From Desulfobacterales bacterium (GTDB lineage: Bacteria > Desulfobacterota > Desulfobacteria > Desulfobacterales > JBGLNM01): 64,000 bases of DNA. Shown piece by piece: positions 19,364-29,333 of this stretch (within the stretch, counting starts at the first letter, position 1; every line of letters begins with the position of its first letter). The notes under the pieces were generated by a model. It had not been told where the DNA came from. It did not search any database and saw only the letters and a program-made list of their open reading frames with translations. The DNA lies in assembly GCA_041299705.1 (NCBI GenBank), contig JBGLNM010000001.1, positions 281,763 through 345,762 on the forward strand, written 5' to 3'. Both the position numbers and the translations under genes were made by a program.

Positions 19364-20710
19364 ATGCTGACCCGCAGACAAATCCTGAAAGCAGGCGCCC
19401 TGACCCTGGCCGCCGGGGCGGTGAGGGCCACCTTCCGGGAGGCCAGCGCCGCGGAGAAAGCCTCGGCCGCCACCCGTCCGCCGCCGCCCCCTCCCCCGGG
19501 TTCCGCCTTGTCGCCGGTGGTCACCCTGAACGGCTGGACCCTGCCGCACCGGGTGGAAAAGGGGGTCAAGGTGTTTCACCTGGTGGCCGAACCGGTCAGG
19601 CGCGAGTTCGCCCCCGGTATGGTGGTCAACTGCTGGGGCTACAACGGCTCGACCCCGGGTCCCACCATCGAAGCCCGGGAAGGCGACCGGGTGCGCATCC
19701 TGGTCACCAACCGCCTGCCGGAGCACACCACCATCCACTGGCACGGCATCTTCCTGCCCAACGGCATGGACGGGGTCGGAGGGCTGACCCAGCCCCACAT
19801 CCAGCCGGGCGAGACCTACGTCTACGAGTTCACCCTGCGCCAGAACGGCACCTTCATGTACCACCCCCATGCCGACGAGATGCTGCAGATGGCCCTGGGG
19901 ATGTACGGCATGTTCATCGTTCACCCGCGCCGGCCCGAGGCGGTGCGCATCGACCGGGACTACGCCTTCATCCTGCACAACTTCGCGGTTCACGCCGGCA
20001 CCTCCGCCCCCGACCCGTCGGTGATGACCGATTTCAACCTCTGGACCTTCAACAGCCGCGTCTTCCCCGGAATCGACCCCCTGGTGGCGCGCACCGGCGA
20101 CCGGGTGCGGCTGCGCATCGCCAACCTCTCGATGCACGAGCACCCCATCCACATCCACGGCACCGCCTTCGAACTCACCGGAACCGACGCGGGATGGCTG
20201 CCGCCTTCGGCGCGCTACCACGAGACGACGCTCCTGGTGCCGGTGGGCAACATCCGCGTAGGCGAATTCGTCGCCAGCGAACCCGGCGACTGGGCCCTGC
20301 ACTGCCACAAGGCGCACCACACCATGAACGCCATGGGCCACGGGGTGCCCAACATGCTCGGGGTCAGGCACGACGACATCGCCCGGCGCATCCGCAAGCT
20401 CGTGCCGGGCTACATGGCCATGGGGGAAACCGGAATGGCCGAACACGCCGCCCACACCGCTCTCGGGCACATGGAGCTGCCCGACAACACCCTGCCCATG
20501 ATGATGGGCGCGGGGCCTTTCGGCCCCCTGGAGATGGGGGGCATGTTCACCGTGGTGAAGGTGCGCGACGGTCAGAAACCGGGGGACATCCGCGACCCGG
20601 GCTGGTATCGGCATCCCCCGGGCACGGTGGCCTGGAAACTCGAAGGGGAGCCGCCCGAGCCGGTGACCCAAGCCTTCAAAGCGATGCCTCCGGCGCACTC
20701 GGACGGCTGA
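19364..20710 (+). CDS. Tat-exported multicopper oxidase (copper-resistance type)
   Basis: Tat motif TRRQILK; Cu ligands IHWHG, MYHPH, HPIHIHG, HCHKAHHTMNAM; Met/His-rich tail. Confidence 0.9.
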   Translation: MLTRRQILKAGALTLAAGAVRATFREASAAEKASAATRPPPPPPPGSALSPVVTLNGWTLPHRVEKGVKVFHLVAEPVRREFAPGMVVNCWGYNGSTPGPTIEAREGDRVRILVTNRLPEHTTIHWHGIFLPNGMDGVGGLTQPHIQPGETYVYEFTLRQNGTFMYHPHADEMLQMALGMYGMFIVHPRRPEAVRIDRDYAFILHNFAVHAGTSAPDPSVMTDFNLWTFNSRVFPGIDPLVARTGDRVRLRIANLSMHEHPIHIHGTAFELTGTDAGWLPPSARYHETTLLVPVGNIRVGEFVASEPGDWALHCHKAHHTMNAMGHGVPNMLGVRHDDIARRIRKLVPGYMAMGETGMAEHAAHTALGHMELPDNTLPMMMGAGPFGPLEMGGMFTVVKVRDGQKPGDIRDPGWYRHPPGTVAWKLEGEPPEPVTQAFKAMPPAHSDG

Positions 20711-20769
20711 CAGCGGCGGCGATTCCGACCGAATGGCGCTGCCGCATTTCCACAAAAAGGAGACCGACG

Positions 20770-21090
20770 ATGAAAGCGAAAACATTCCTCCTGCCGGCCG
20801 TCGCTTGTCTGGCATGGCTGCTGGCGGCAGCCGTGGCGGCAGCCGACTCCAATCCTCCGGGCCGGAAGCACGAGGGCCGAGGGATCGTTGAGGCGATAGA
20901 CCCCGTCAAGGCAACGGTGACCCTCGAACACGAGCCCATCGCCTCGCTGCGCTGGCCCCGGATGGTGATGGATTTCAAGGTCGATGATCCTGCTCAGCTC
21001 GCGGATCTCCGGGAGGGTGACGCGGTGGTCTTCGAGCTGACAACGGCTGGAAAGGAATACACCATTACACGGATCTCCCCTGCGCCTTGA
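20770..21090 (+). CDS. cusF: CusF-like periplasmic Cu(I)/Ag(I) chaperone
   Basis: Signal peptide; TLEHEPIASLRWPRMVMDF (H..W..M.M); AAGGAG RBS. Confidence 0.85.
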   Translation: MKAKTFLLPAVACLAWLLAAAVAAADSNPPGRKHEGRGIVEAIDPVKATVTLEHEPIASLRWPRMVMDFKVDDPAQLADLREGDAVVFELTTAGKEYTITRISPAP

Positions 21091-21200
21091 CCGTGACAGG
21101 GCGATGAGCGCCCAGGATCCCGGACCGGAAAGCGCCCTTGCCCGCATGGGGCGACAGGGCTTGCAGGGACTTACCCATGATCAAACAAGGAGAACATACG

Positions 21201-21800
21201 ATGAAAAGAACCTTGCAGTGGGTGGCCGTATTGAGCGTGGTCGTCGGCCTGTCCGGCAGCGCCGAGGCGCGGATGCGCGGCAAATGGATGCAGGCGGGCA
21301 CAGACGCAGAGCCCCACGCCCGCCACGTCGCAGCCCTGAACCTGACCGAGGCCCAGCAGGAGGCCTTTGAAGGTATCTACAACAACCTGCAGAAAGAGAT
21401 GATCCGCAAAAGGGCCGACGTGGGCGTTGCCGAGGTCGAGCTGCGGGAAATCCTCACCCGCGACCCCGTGGACATGAAGGCCGCCGAGGACAAGGTCCGC
21501 CAGATCGCCTCGACCCAGGCCGACATCCGGATTCTGCACCTGAAGGCCGGCGAGGAATTCCGCGGCCAGCTGACCCCCGAACAGCAGGCCCGGTTCGACG
21601 ACCTGGATCATTCCGCTTTCCTCGGCATGGAGGGGGGCGCGGGCATGGGCCCCCGCGGCAGGATGGGCGCCGGCGGCAAGGGGATGATGGCTGGAAGGAG
21701 CGGCTGCCCCATGATGAAGGCGCCTGACACGGGCACGGACGCCAAGGAGGAGGCCAGGCCGGCCGAGGCCCCCGCCGCGGACAGCGCTCATCAGCACTAG
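21201..21800 (+). CDS. Spy/CpxP (ZraP-like) periplasmic chaperone / heavy-metal-binding protein
   Basis: Signal peptide; LNLTEAQ and LTPEQ (LTxxQ) motifs; Met/Gly-rich tail; AAGGAG RBS. Confidence 0.8.
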   Translation: MKRTLQWVAVLSVVVGLSGSAEARMRGKWMQAGTDAEPHARHVAALNLTEAQQEAFEGIYNNLQKEMIRKRADVGVAEVELREILTRDPVDMKAAEDKVRQIASTQADIRILHLKAGEEFRGQLTPEQQARFDDLDHSAFLGMEGGAGMGPRGRMGAGGKGMMAGRSGCPMMKAPDTGTDAKEEARPAEAPAADSAHQH

Positions 21801-21879
21801 GAAGGCAAAGCGGTGCCATCCCCGGTGCCGGTGCCGGGGAAAAACATCCTCCGATGGGAAGCCGGGGATGGCTGCCGCT

Positions 21880-23571
21880 TCAGAGATCGGCGCGCATCAA
21901 TGCCATAAAATCCGCGAAGCCCTCCGTTTGACGCACGCGCTCGGACATCAGCGGGTTCCGGAACAGGCGGGCGATTTCCGAGCCGATCTCCAGCTGCGCG
22001 CCCGGGTCATGGCTGGCGGTGAGAACCAGGAAGATCACGGTTGCGGGCTTGCCGTCCGGTGCGTCGAAATCGATCCCCTCCGGGGACACCCCGACCACGA
22101 CCAGCGACTCCCGCAGGCCCTCGACGCGGGCATGGGGGAGCGCCACCCCGTTGCCGATGCCGGTGCTCAGGGCTTCCTCGCGTCCAAGGACGGCCGCCTC
22201 CACCACGGACGCGTCCAGCGCCTCCGCGGCGCACGCCGCCGCCGTCATTTCGCGGATGGCCTCCGCCGGGGAGGCCGCCTTGAGCTTCCGCATGAAAAGT
22301 TTCGGGGAGAGCAGATCCTGCAGCCGCGACCGTCTTTCCGTGCGCAGAACCTGCCGCATGGCCGGACCGCTGACCGTCGAGGTGACGATGGCCATGACGA
22401 TCAGGGCGACGAACAGCCGCTGGCCGATGATCCCCGCTTCCAGGGCGATCATCCCGATGATGATTCCCATCGCGCCCACCGAAAGCATGGCAAAACCCAC
22501 CGCCCCGGCCTCCCTGCCGGGCAGCCCCCCCCACCGGGCCCCGATGGCGCCGCCGGCGAATTTGCACACGCAGGCGATCACCGTCACCAGACCTACCAGA
22601 GCCGGGTCGAAATGGGCCCAGAAGTTCACCTTGAGTCCGATTCCGGCAAAAAAGAGCGGCGCGAAGACCCATGAAACGAAATCTTCGATGATCACCCGGC
22701 TGCGCTCCCGCAGATGCGGCGAATCGCCCACGGCCGCTCCAACGACAAAGGCCCCGAAGATGGCATGGATGCCGATCCATTCCGTAAATGCGGCCCCGAG
22801 AAGGCCCAGGACGATGGCGAAACTCAGCTCGCCCCCCGGCCGGCGGGTGTAAGCCTGGATAATCGGCAGGGCCTTGTGAATCAGCCAGCGCCCTAAAGTG
22901 AGCATGGCGGCGGTGAATGCCAGCGTGGCTGAAACCGTCAAGGCAACGGGAAGGCCGCCGCCTGACGGCCGGCCGATAAGCCCCAGCAGGACGGCGAAAA
23001 CGATCCAGCCCACCAGATCGTTGAAAACCGCCGCGCTGACGACCACCATGCCCAGGTCGCTGCGGTAAAGGCCCAGGTCCATGAGGATCTTGACGATGAT
23101 GGGCAGGGCCGAAATCGACACGGCGACCGCCACGAAAATCGCGAACGTCCACGGGTCGGCACCCGAGTGGCGGCCCAGCACCTCGGGAAAGGCCAGGGCA
23201 ACGGCCAGGGCGACGGAAAAGGGGACGACCACGCTGGCGACCCCCACCTTGCAGCCGACCCGGCCCTGCTTCCAGACGGTCGACAGGTCGACTTCCATCC
23301 CCGCCGCCAGGAGGAAAAGCACGATCGCCAGGTTCCCGATGGCGTCCAGAACAGCGGCGTTCAGGCCCTGGAGGGGGAAGAGGTAGGCATTCAGACCCGG
23401 GGCGACGCTTCCCAGGACCGTCGGGCCGAGAAGAACCCCGGCGAGCAGTTCCCCCAGCACCGCCGGCTGCCGCAGGCGCCGGGCCGATTCGCCCAGCGCG
23501 CGCGCCGCAGCGAGCAGAACCCCCAGGGAAAGCAACAGCGCCACCATATGGTGGGAGGTCAGGGCTTGCAT
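21880..23571 (-). CDS. Cation:proton antiporter (CPA2) fused to a C-terminal PTS EIIA(Ntr)-like domain
   Basis: RQPAVLGELLAGVLLGP, multiple TM segments, VFNDLVGW, FAPLFFAGIG; EIIA motif REEALSTGIGNGVALPHAR. Confidence 0.88.
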   Translation of the reverse strand: MQALTSHHMVALLLSLGVLLAAARALGESARRLRQPAVLGELLAGVLLGPTVLGSVAPGLNAYLFPLQGLNAAVLDAIGNLAIVLFLLAAGMEVDLSTVWKQGRVGCKVGVASVVVPFSVALAVALAFPEVLGRHSGADPWTFAIFVAVAVSISALPIIVKILMDLGLYRSDLGMVVVSAAVFNDLVGWIVFAVLLGLIGRPSGGGLPVALTVSATLAFTAAMLTLGRWLIHKALPIIQAYTRRPGGELSFAIVLGLLGAAFTEWIGIHAIFGAFVVGAAVGDSPHLRERSRVIIEDFVSWVFAPLFFAGIGLKVNFWAHFDPALVGLVTVIACVCKFAGGAIGARWGGLPGREAGAVGFAMLSVGAMGIIIGMIALEAGIIGQRLFVALIVMAIVTSTVSGPAMRQVLRTERRSRLQDLLSPKLFMRKLKAASPAEAIREMTAAACAAEALDASVVEAAVLGREEALSTGIGNGVALPHARVEGLRESLVVVGVSPEGIDFDAPDGKPATVIFLVLTASHDPGAQLEIGSEIARLFRNPLMSERVRQTEGFADFMALMRADL

Positions 23572-23583
23572 GACCTTAACCGA

Positions 23584-23654
23584 CGATTACGATTACGATT
23601 ACGACAACGACAACGACAAAGACAACGACAACGACAACGACAACGAAAATGAAA
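23584..23654. repeat. Tandem hexamer array (CGATTA)x3 followed by (C/A)GACAA x7 and CGAAAA
   Basis: Read directly from the sequence. Confidence 0.92.
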
Positions 23655-23678
23655 CCCGGACGATGAAAGCTCAACGGG

Positions 23679-23762
23679 GAACCCTGAACCTTGAACCTTG
23701 AACCTTGAACCTCGAACCTCGAACCTTGAACCTTGAACCTTGAACCTCGAACCTTGAACCTT
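23679..23762. repeat. Tandem heptamer array GAACCT(T/C) x11 plus one degenerate copy
   Basis: 11 units counted from 23686 to 23762. Confidence 0.95.
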
Positions 23763-23768
23763 TTTTTT

Positions 23769-23797
23769 ACGATAGGCTACCCCCGCGGGCGTGTCAA
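23769..23797 (-). promoter_or_regulatory. Putative sigma70 promoter for the antiporter gene
   Basis: Minus strand: TTGACA (23797-23792), 17 bp spacer, TATCGT (23774-23769). Confidence 0.5.
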
Positions 23798-23868
23798 GGA
23801 TTCGGACGCGGCCGCCGATTCCCCCTGCATCTTGCCAAGGGCGGCCGTATGCGCTATGAATGCGGTCC

Positions 23869-24903
23869 ATGAGCGCCTATTTCCTGCGAAGGCTGATCCT
23901 GGTCGTCCCCACGTTTCTCGGCATCACCGTCATGGTGTTCGTCATCACCCGGTTCGTGCCCGGCGGTCCCATCGAGCGCATGATCGCCCAGGCCCAGCAG
24001 GCCAGGAGCGCGGGGCTGGGCAAAGCCACGGTCGGGACGATGACCGAACAGCAGAGCCAGCCCCTTTCAGAGGACCAGCTGGAGGAGCTGAAGGCCTACT
24101 ACGGGTTCGACCGGCCCGTGCTGGCAAGCTATTTCCTGTGGCTGGGCAAAGTGCTGCGCGGCGACCTGGGAACCTCCACCCGCTACTACGACCCGGTCTG
24201 GGACATGATCCGCGAGCGGATCCCCATCTCCCTCTATTTCGGGGCGATCTCGCTTTTCCTGGTCTACGCCATCTGCATCCCCCTGGGGATCGCCAAGGCG
24301 GTGAAGCACAAGAGCGCCTTCGACAACGTCTCCTCGGTGGTCGTGTTCGTCGGTTATGCCGTCCCGGGCTGGGTGGTGGGCGTCCTGCTGCTGGTCCTCT
24401 TCGCCTCCCACTGGGAAATCCTGCCCCTGGGCGGCCTGGTGAGCGACGACTTCGAGGACTTCACCGCCCTGGGCAAGCTGGCCGACCTGGCGCGTCACAC
24501 GATACTGCCCCTCACCGCCTACGTGCTCGGATCGTTCACCGTCATGACCTTCCTGATGAAAAACACCCTGATGGACAACCTTTCCGCGGATTACGTCCGC
24601 ACGGCCATCGCCAAGGGGCTGCCGTTCCGCAGGGCGGTGTTCCGGCACGCCCTGCGCAACAGCCTGATCCCCATCGCCACCAGCTTCGGCAACAACATCT
24701 CCATCGTCCTGTCCGGGTCGTTCCTGGTAGAAAAGGTCTTCAACATCAACGGCATGGGCCTGCTGGGGTACGAATCGGTGGTCGAGCGCGACTACCCGGT
24801 GGTGATGGGCATCCTCGTGATCTCCTCGCTGCTCTTCATGATCGGCAACATCCTCTCGGACATCTGCGTGGCCCTCGTCGACCCGCGGGTCAAGTTCCAA
24901 TGA
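23869..24903 (+). CDS. yejB: Peptide ABC transporter permease, YejB/OppB-like
   Basis: YFLRRL, FVPGGPIERM, YGFDRP, DLGTS, DYVRTAIAKGL, RDYPVVMG. Confidence 0.85.
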   Translation: MSAYFLRRLILVVPTFLGITVMVFVITRFVPGGPIERMIAQAQQARSAGLGKATVGTMTEQQSQPLSEDQLEELKAYYGFDRPVLASYFLWLGKVLRGDLGTSTRYYDPVWDMIRERIPISLYFGAISLFLVYAICIPLGIAKAVKHKSAFDNVSSVVVFVGYAVPGWVVGVLLLVLFASHWEILPLGGLVSDDFEDFTALGKLADLARHTILPLTAYVLGSFTVMTFLMKNTLMDNLSADYVRTAIAKGLPFRRAVFRHALRNSLIPIATSFGNNISIVLSGSFLVEKVFNINGMGLLGYESVVERDYPVVMGILVISSLLFMIGNILSDICVALVDPRVKFQ

Positions 24904-25952
24904 GACGCCTCTTGCTCGACCCCCTGACCCGCAGAAAGATCCGGCGCTTCCGCTCCATCCGCCGGGGGTACTACAGCTTCGTGCTTTTTTCCCTCGCGGT
25001 GGCGCTGTCCCTGGCGGCCGAGGTGCTCATCAACAGCCGCGCCCTGATCGTTCACTACCAGGGCCGCTATTACTTCCCCACCTACGGCGCCATCCTGCCG
25101 GGGAGCGTTTTCGGCCTGGGCTACGACTACGAGACCGACTACCGCCAGCTGGCCCGCCGCCTGGCCGAGGAGGATCGCGGGGACTGGGTCCTGATGCCCC
25201 CGGTGCCTTACAGCGCCTACGAGATCGACCTGAAAACCGACGCCTACCCCCCCTTCCCCCCCTCGTGGGAGGACCGCCACTACCTGGGCACCGACAACGT
25301 GGGGCGCGACATCCTGGCGCGCCTGGTCTACGGCTTCCGGATCGCCATCCTCTTTTCCCTTCTCCTGCTGGGGGTCAACTACATCGTCGGGGTGAGCATC
25401 GGCAGCGCCATGGGGTACTGGGGCGGGCGCTTCGACCTGTTTTTTCAGCGGGTCATCGAAATCTGGTCCAACGTGCCCTTCCTCTACGTGATCATCATCA
25501 TCTCCTCCATCGTGGTACCCAGCTTTCTCATGCTCATCGCCATCATGGCCGCCTTCGGCTGGATGGGGATGACCTGGACCATGCGCACGGTCACCTACAG
25601 GGAGAAGGAGCGCGACTACGTCATGGCCGCCAGGGCGCTGGGGGCCTCCGACAGCCGGATCATCTTCCGGCATGTCATCCCCAACACCATCGCCGTGATC
25701 GTCACCTTCGCCCCCTTTTCCGTGTCCGGCGGCATCGTTGCCCTGACCTCCCTCGATTACCTCGGCTTCGGCCTGCCGCCCCCGACGCCGAGCTGGGGGG
25801 AACTCCTGTCCCAGGGCTGGAGCAACATGGACGCGTGGTGGATCGCGGCCTCGGTCATCGGCGCCATGACGGCCACGCTCATCTCCGTCACCTTCGTGGG
25901 TGAAGCCGTGCGCGAAGCCTTCGACCCGAAGCTGCACACGGTGTACGAGTAG
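24900..25952 (+). CDS. yejE: Peptide ABC transporter permease, YejE/OppC-like
   Basis: RRFRSIRRGYYS, HYLGTDNVGRDILARL, YVMAARALGAS, SLDYLGFGLPPPTPSWGELL; ATGA overlap with the upstream gene. Confidence 0.85.
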   Translation: MRRLLLDPLTRRKIRRFRSIRRGYYSFVLFSLAVALSLAAEVLINSRALIVHYQGRYYFPTYGAILPGSVFGLGYDYETDYRQLARRLAEEDRGDWVLMPPVPYSAYEIDLKTDAYPPFPPSWEDRHYLGTDNVGRDILARLVYGFRIAILFSLLLLGVNYIVGVSIGSAMGYWGGRFDLFFQRVIEIWSNVPFLYVIIIISSIVVPSFLMLIAIMAAFGWMGMTWTMRTVTYREKERDYVMAARALGASDSRIIFRHVIPNTIAVIVTFAPFSVSGGIVALTSLDYLGFGLPPPTPSWGELLSQGWSNMDAWWIAASVIGAMTATLISVTFVGEAVREAFDPKLHTVYE

Positions 25953-25994
25953 CGGGGGGCGAAAAAGGGAAAAAACCGTTCGCAGCGCAGCGGT

Positions 25995-26092
25995 AAGCGT
26001 CCCCGTCCCCGTTCACGGGACAGAAAAGCCGGGAACGCTTACGGGAACGCGAACGATTACGAAAAGGGCAAGGGGCAAGGGGACGAGGGGGA
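25995..26092. repeat. Degenerate short-period intergenic repeats (cgtccc, gggaacgc, aagggg)
   Basis: cgtccccgtccccgttcacggg...cgggaacgcttacgggaacgcgaacga...aagggcaaggggcaagggg. Confidence 0.5.
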
Positions 26093-26124
26093 ACCGAATG
26101 ACAACCGACATTTTCCGGATCCCC

Positions 26125-27501
26125 CTTGCAGAATGCGCCCTGGTGGCCGGCATGCCCCAGGCGCCGTCGCGTTACTCCCCCCTGGTCAATCCCGCTCTGG
26201 CCCTCCAGCGGCGCAACCTCGTTCTCAAACAGATGCGGCAGACCGGCCTCGTTTCCGAGGCCGAATACCTAAAGGCCCATGCAGAGCCCCTGGCGCTCTC
26301 CCCCGGCGAAGAGCCGGCGGAGGCCGCCCCTTACTTTGCCGCTTATATCCGGCCGGTTCTGGAGGAGGCGGTCGGGTCATCCCTGCTCTACCAGGGAGGC
26401 CTGGAGGTGCGCACCACCCTTTCCTGGGAGCTTCAGCAGGCCGCCGAGGAAGCGGTCGCCGCCGGCCTCGCCGCGCTGGATGCACGCCTGCTGCCCGGGG
26501 GCGGCGGCTCTCCGGCCCCGGAGGCGGCCCTGATCTGCCTGGATGTCCACAGCGGCGGGATCCTGGCGATGGTGGGGGGAAGGGATTTTTACCGCAGCGC
26601 CTTCAACCGCGCGGTAGACGCCCGCCGGCAGCCGGGGTCGGCCTTCAAGCCGCTGCTCTACGCCCTGGCCGTGGAACAGGGGGCTTCCCAGGCCCAGCTT
26701 CTTCTGGACGCTCCCCTCGTGCTCAAGGGGGGCGATGGCCGCGGAGAGTGGCGGCCGCAGAACTTTTCCCACACCTACGACGGGGAGATGACGATGCGCT
26801 CCGCCCTGGCGCATTCCAAGAACATCCCCGCGGTCCGGCTCATCGAACAGCTGGGGCCCTCGTCCGTGGCCGGTTTCGCCCACCGCCTGGGGGTCGCCTC
26901 GCCTCTGTCACCCGGCCTTTCCCTGGCCCTGGGGGCTTCGGAGGTGTCGCTCCTGGAGCTGACTTCGGCCTACGCCGTTTTCGCCAACCAGGGGCGGCGG
27001 GTTCAGCCCGGCGGGGTCGCCGAGATCCGCGACCGCGACCGGCGGGTGATCTGGCGGGCGGCCGTGCGCAAGGAAGTGGTCATGTCGCGGGCGGCGGCGG
27101 CCATCGTCACCGACATGCTGGCGGCCGTGATCGGGGAAGGCACGGGGCGGGCGGCCCTGGAAGCGGGCCGCCCGCTGGCCGGAAAGACCGGCACCACCGA
27201 CCGCTTCCGGGATGCCCTCTTCGTGGGCTTTTCGCCCAATATCGCCGCCGGTGTCTGGGTGGGAAACGACGGTGGGGAACCCCTCGGCAAAGGGGAAACC
27301 GGCGCCTGGGCGGCCCTGCCCATCTGGAGCGCATTCATGCGGCGCGCTCTGGCCGGCGGGCCCCAGGGCGGCTTCGATCTCCCCGACAGCGTCGTGTCGG
27401 TGCGCATCGATCCGGCCGACGGCCGGCGCCTTTCCGACAGCTCGCCGGCCGGCGTCGCGGCCCTTTTCGTCCGGGGAACCGAACCGCGCCACGGGGGGTG
27501 A
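26125..27501 (+). CDS. mrcA: Class A penicillin-binding protein (PBP1A), end of the transglycosylase domain plus transpeptidase; N-terminus lost at a junction
   Basis: LAECALVAGMPQAPSRYSP, RQPGSAFK (SxxK), SKN (SxN), AGKTGTT. Confidence 0.85.
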   Translation, partial: LAECALVAGMPQAPSRYSPLVNPALALQRRNLVLKQMRQTGLVSEAEYLKAHAEPLALSPGEEPAEAAPYFAAYIRPVLEEAVGSSLLYQGGLEVRTTLSWELQQAAEEAVAAGLAALDARLLPGGGGSPAPEAALICLDVHSGGILAMVGGRDFYRSAFNRAVDARRQPGSAFKPLLYALAVEQGASQAQLLLDAPLVLKGGDGRGEWRPQNFSHTYDGEMTMRSALAHSKNIPAVRLIEQLGPSSVAGFAHRLGVASPLSPGLSLALGASEVSLLELTSAYAVFANQGRRVQPGGVAEIRDRDRRVIWRAAVRKEVVMSRAAAAIVTDMLAAVIGEGTGRAALEAGRPLAGKTGTTDRFRDALFVGFSPNIAAGVWVGNDGGEPLGKGETGAWAALPIWSAFMRRALAGGPQGGFDLPDSVVSVRIDPADGRRLSDSSPAGVAALFVRGTEPRHGG

Positions 27502-27564
27502 AGAAGACAGGCTCGAAGCTGAAAGGCCGCAAAGCGTGCCAGTTCACGGAAGACGGGGGGAGAC

Positions 27565-27594
27565 AACATCGAACATCCAACGTCCGACATCCGA
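27565..27594. repeat. Short degenerate heptamer array (AACATCG/AACATCC/AACGTCC/GACATCC)
   Basis: aacatcgaacatccaacgtccgacatccga, intergenic. Confidence 0.6.
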
Positions 27595-27613
27595 TAGGGA
27601 GTAGGGAAAAGCC

Positions 27614-29333
27614 ATGCCACTGCGCGGAAAAGCTCCCCGCCTGGCGGTTTCTTGCGCCATCGCGGTCGTGACGGTCTGCCTCGGGATACTGGCCTACTTC
27701 CACGGGGTGGCTTTCCTCGACCTGATGGAACTCAAGACCGTCGACCTGCGCTTTAAGTCGCGGGGCCCGCTTCCTGCCGGGTCCCAGGTGGTCCTGGCGG
27801 TGATCGACGAGAAGAGCATCGCCCGGGAGGGCAAGTGGATCTGGCCGCGGTCCAAGATCGCCGAGCTGGTCGCGCGCCTGTCGGCGGCCGGGGCGCGGGT
27901 GATCGCCTTCGACATCGGTTTCCTGGAGGCCGACGACCGCCGGGTGATCCAGGCCCTGGGGCAGGTGGCGGCAGCCGGCGGCCGGCTGCTGGCTGACAGC
28001 CGCGAGCTGGAAACCTTCCTGCAGCGGCTGCAGGCCGAGTCGGACCATGACAGGCGCCTGGCGGCCGCCATCGCCGACTCGCGCGCCCAGGTCGTTTTGG
28101 GCTACTTCTTCCAGATGGAGCCGCCGGGGCCTTCCGACGGGGATGCGGAACAGAAGCGCCGCAACCTGGAAAACATCGCCGGTTCGCGCTATTCCCAGGT
28201 GCACTCCCAGGCCGGCCGGGCCGGTCCCCAGGGGCTGATCAGCGCCGCGGCGGCTCAGGCCACCATCGACGAGATCGCCCCCGCCGGGCGACTCTCGGGC
28301 TACTTCAACATGCTCCCCGACGCGGACGGCGTGGTGCGCTGGCTGCCTGCCGTGGTGCACTGCGGTGAGGACTACTATGCCCCTCTGGCCCTCGTGGCCG
28401 CGGGCGCTTACCTGGACCGGCCCCTGGCGCTGCACCTCGGCCCCCTGGGGGTCGAAACCCTGACCATGGGGGAGAGGGTGATTCCCACCGATGCCCTGGG
28501 CCGCTTCCTGATCAACTACCGCGGCGGACCCAAGTCCTTCATCCACATCCCGGTCACCGACATCCTGGGAGGCACGGTGGCCGGCGATCTTCTCCGGGAC
28601 CGCATCGTGGTGGTCGGGGCGACGGCCCTGGGGATTTTCGACTACCAGGTCAGCCCCGTTGCAAGCGTCTTTCCCGGGGTCGAGATCCACGCCAATGCCA
28701 TCGATATGTTGCTGGCCGGGGATTTCCTGCGCCAGCCGTCCTGGGCCGCGGCCTTCGACCTGGCCGCCATGGCCTCGATGGGGTTTTTTCTGGGCCTGGC
28801 CCTTCCCGCCGTCGGCGTGATCTCCGGGGCGATCGTCGCCCTCGCCGCCCTGTCCGGCTACCTCTTCTTCTGCCAGTACCTGTTCACCCACCAGGGGTGG
28901 ATCCTGAACCTCGTCTATCCGCTCTCCGTGGCCGCCCTGGTCTACGTCCTGGTCACGGCCTACCAGTACCGGATGGAATCCAAGCAGCGGCGCTTCATCC
29001 GCGAGGTGTTCGCCACCTACCTGGCTCCCGCGGTGGTAGAGGAACTCATCGACAGCGGCCAGAGGTTAGAACTGGGAGGCGAGGAGCGCGAGATCACGGC
29101 CTTTTTCTCCGACGTGCAAGGGTTTACGAGCATATCCGAGCGCCTCTCGCCCCGGGAGCTGGTGGATCTGCTCAACGAGTTTCTGACCGAGATGACCGAC
29201 ATCATCCTGGCCCACAAGGGGACGGTGGACAAGTTCGAGGGGGACGCCATCATCGCATTTTTCGGCGCCCCGGCGGCGCAGCCGGACCACGCCGCGGCCG
29301 CCTGCCGGGCGGCCGCGCGCATGCAGCGGCGGC
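27614..29333 (+). CDS. CHASE2-domain class III adenylate/guanylate cyclase; catalytic domain cut at a junction
   Basis: IDEKSI...WPRS, AFDIGF, PDADGVVR, FPGVEIHA, three TM segments, FSDVQGFT, DKFEGDAIIAFFG. Confidence 0.88.

Noticed and set aside
23584-23762. Repeat arrays as a CRISPR locus
   Set aside because: Units are 6-7 bp and directly tandem, with no unique spacers and no cas genes. The same applies to the other repeat blocks.
26098-26124. ATG at 26098 as the start of a naturally shortened, transglycosylase-less PBP
   Set aside because: PBP similarity starts abruptly mid-domain at ~26125; the first nine codons are more likely the start of another gene joined in frame by chance.
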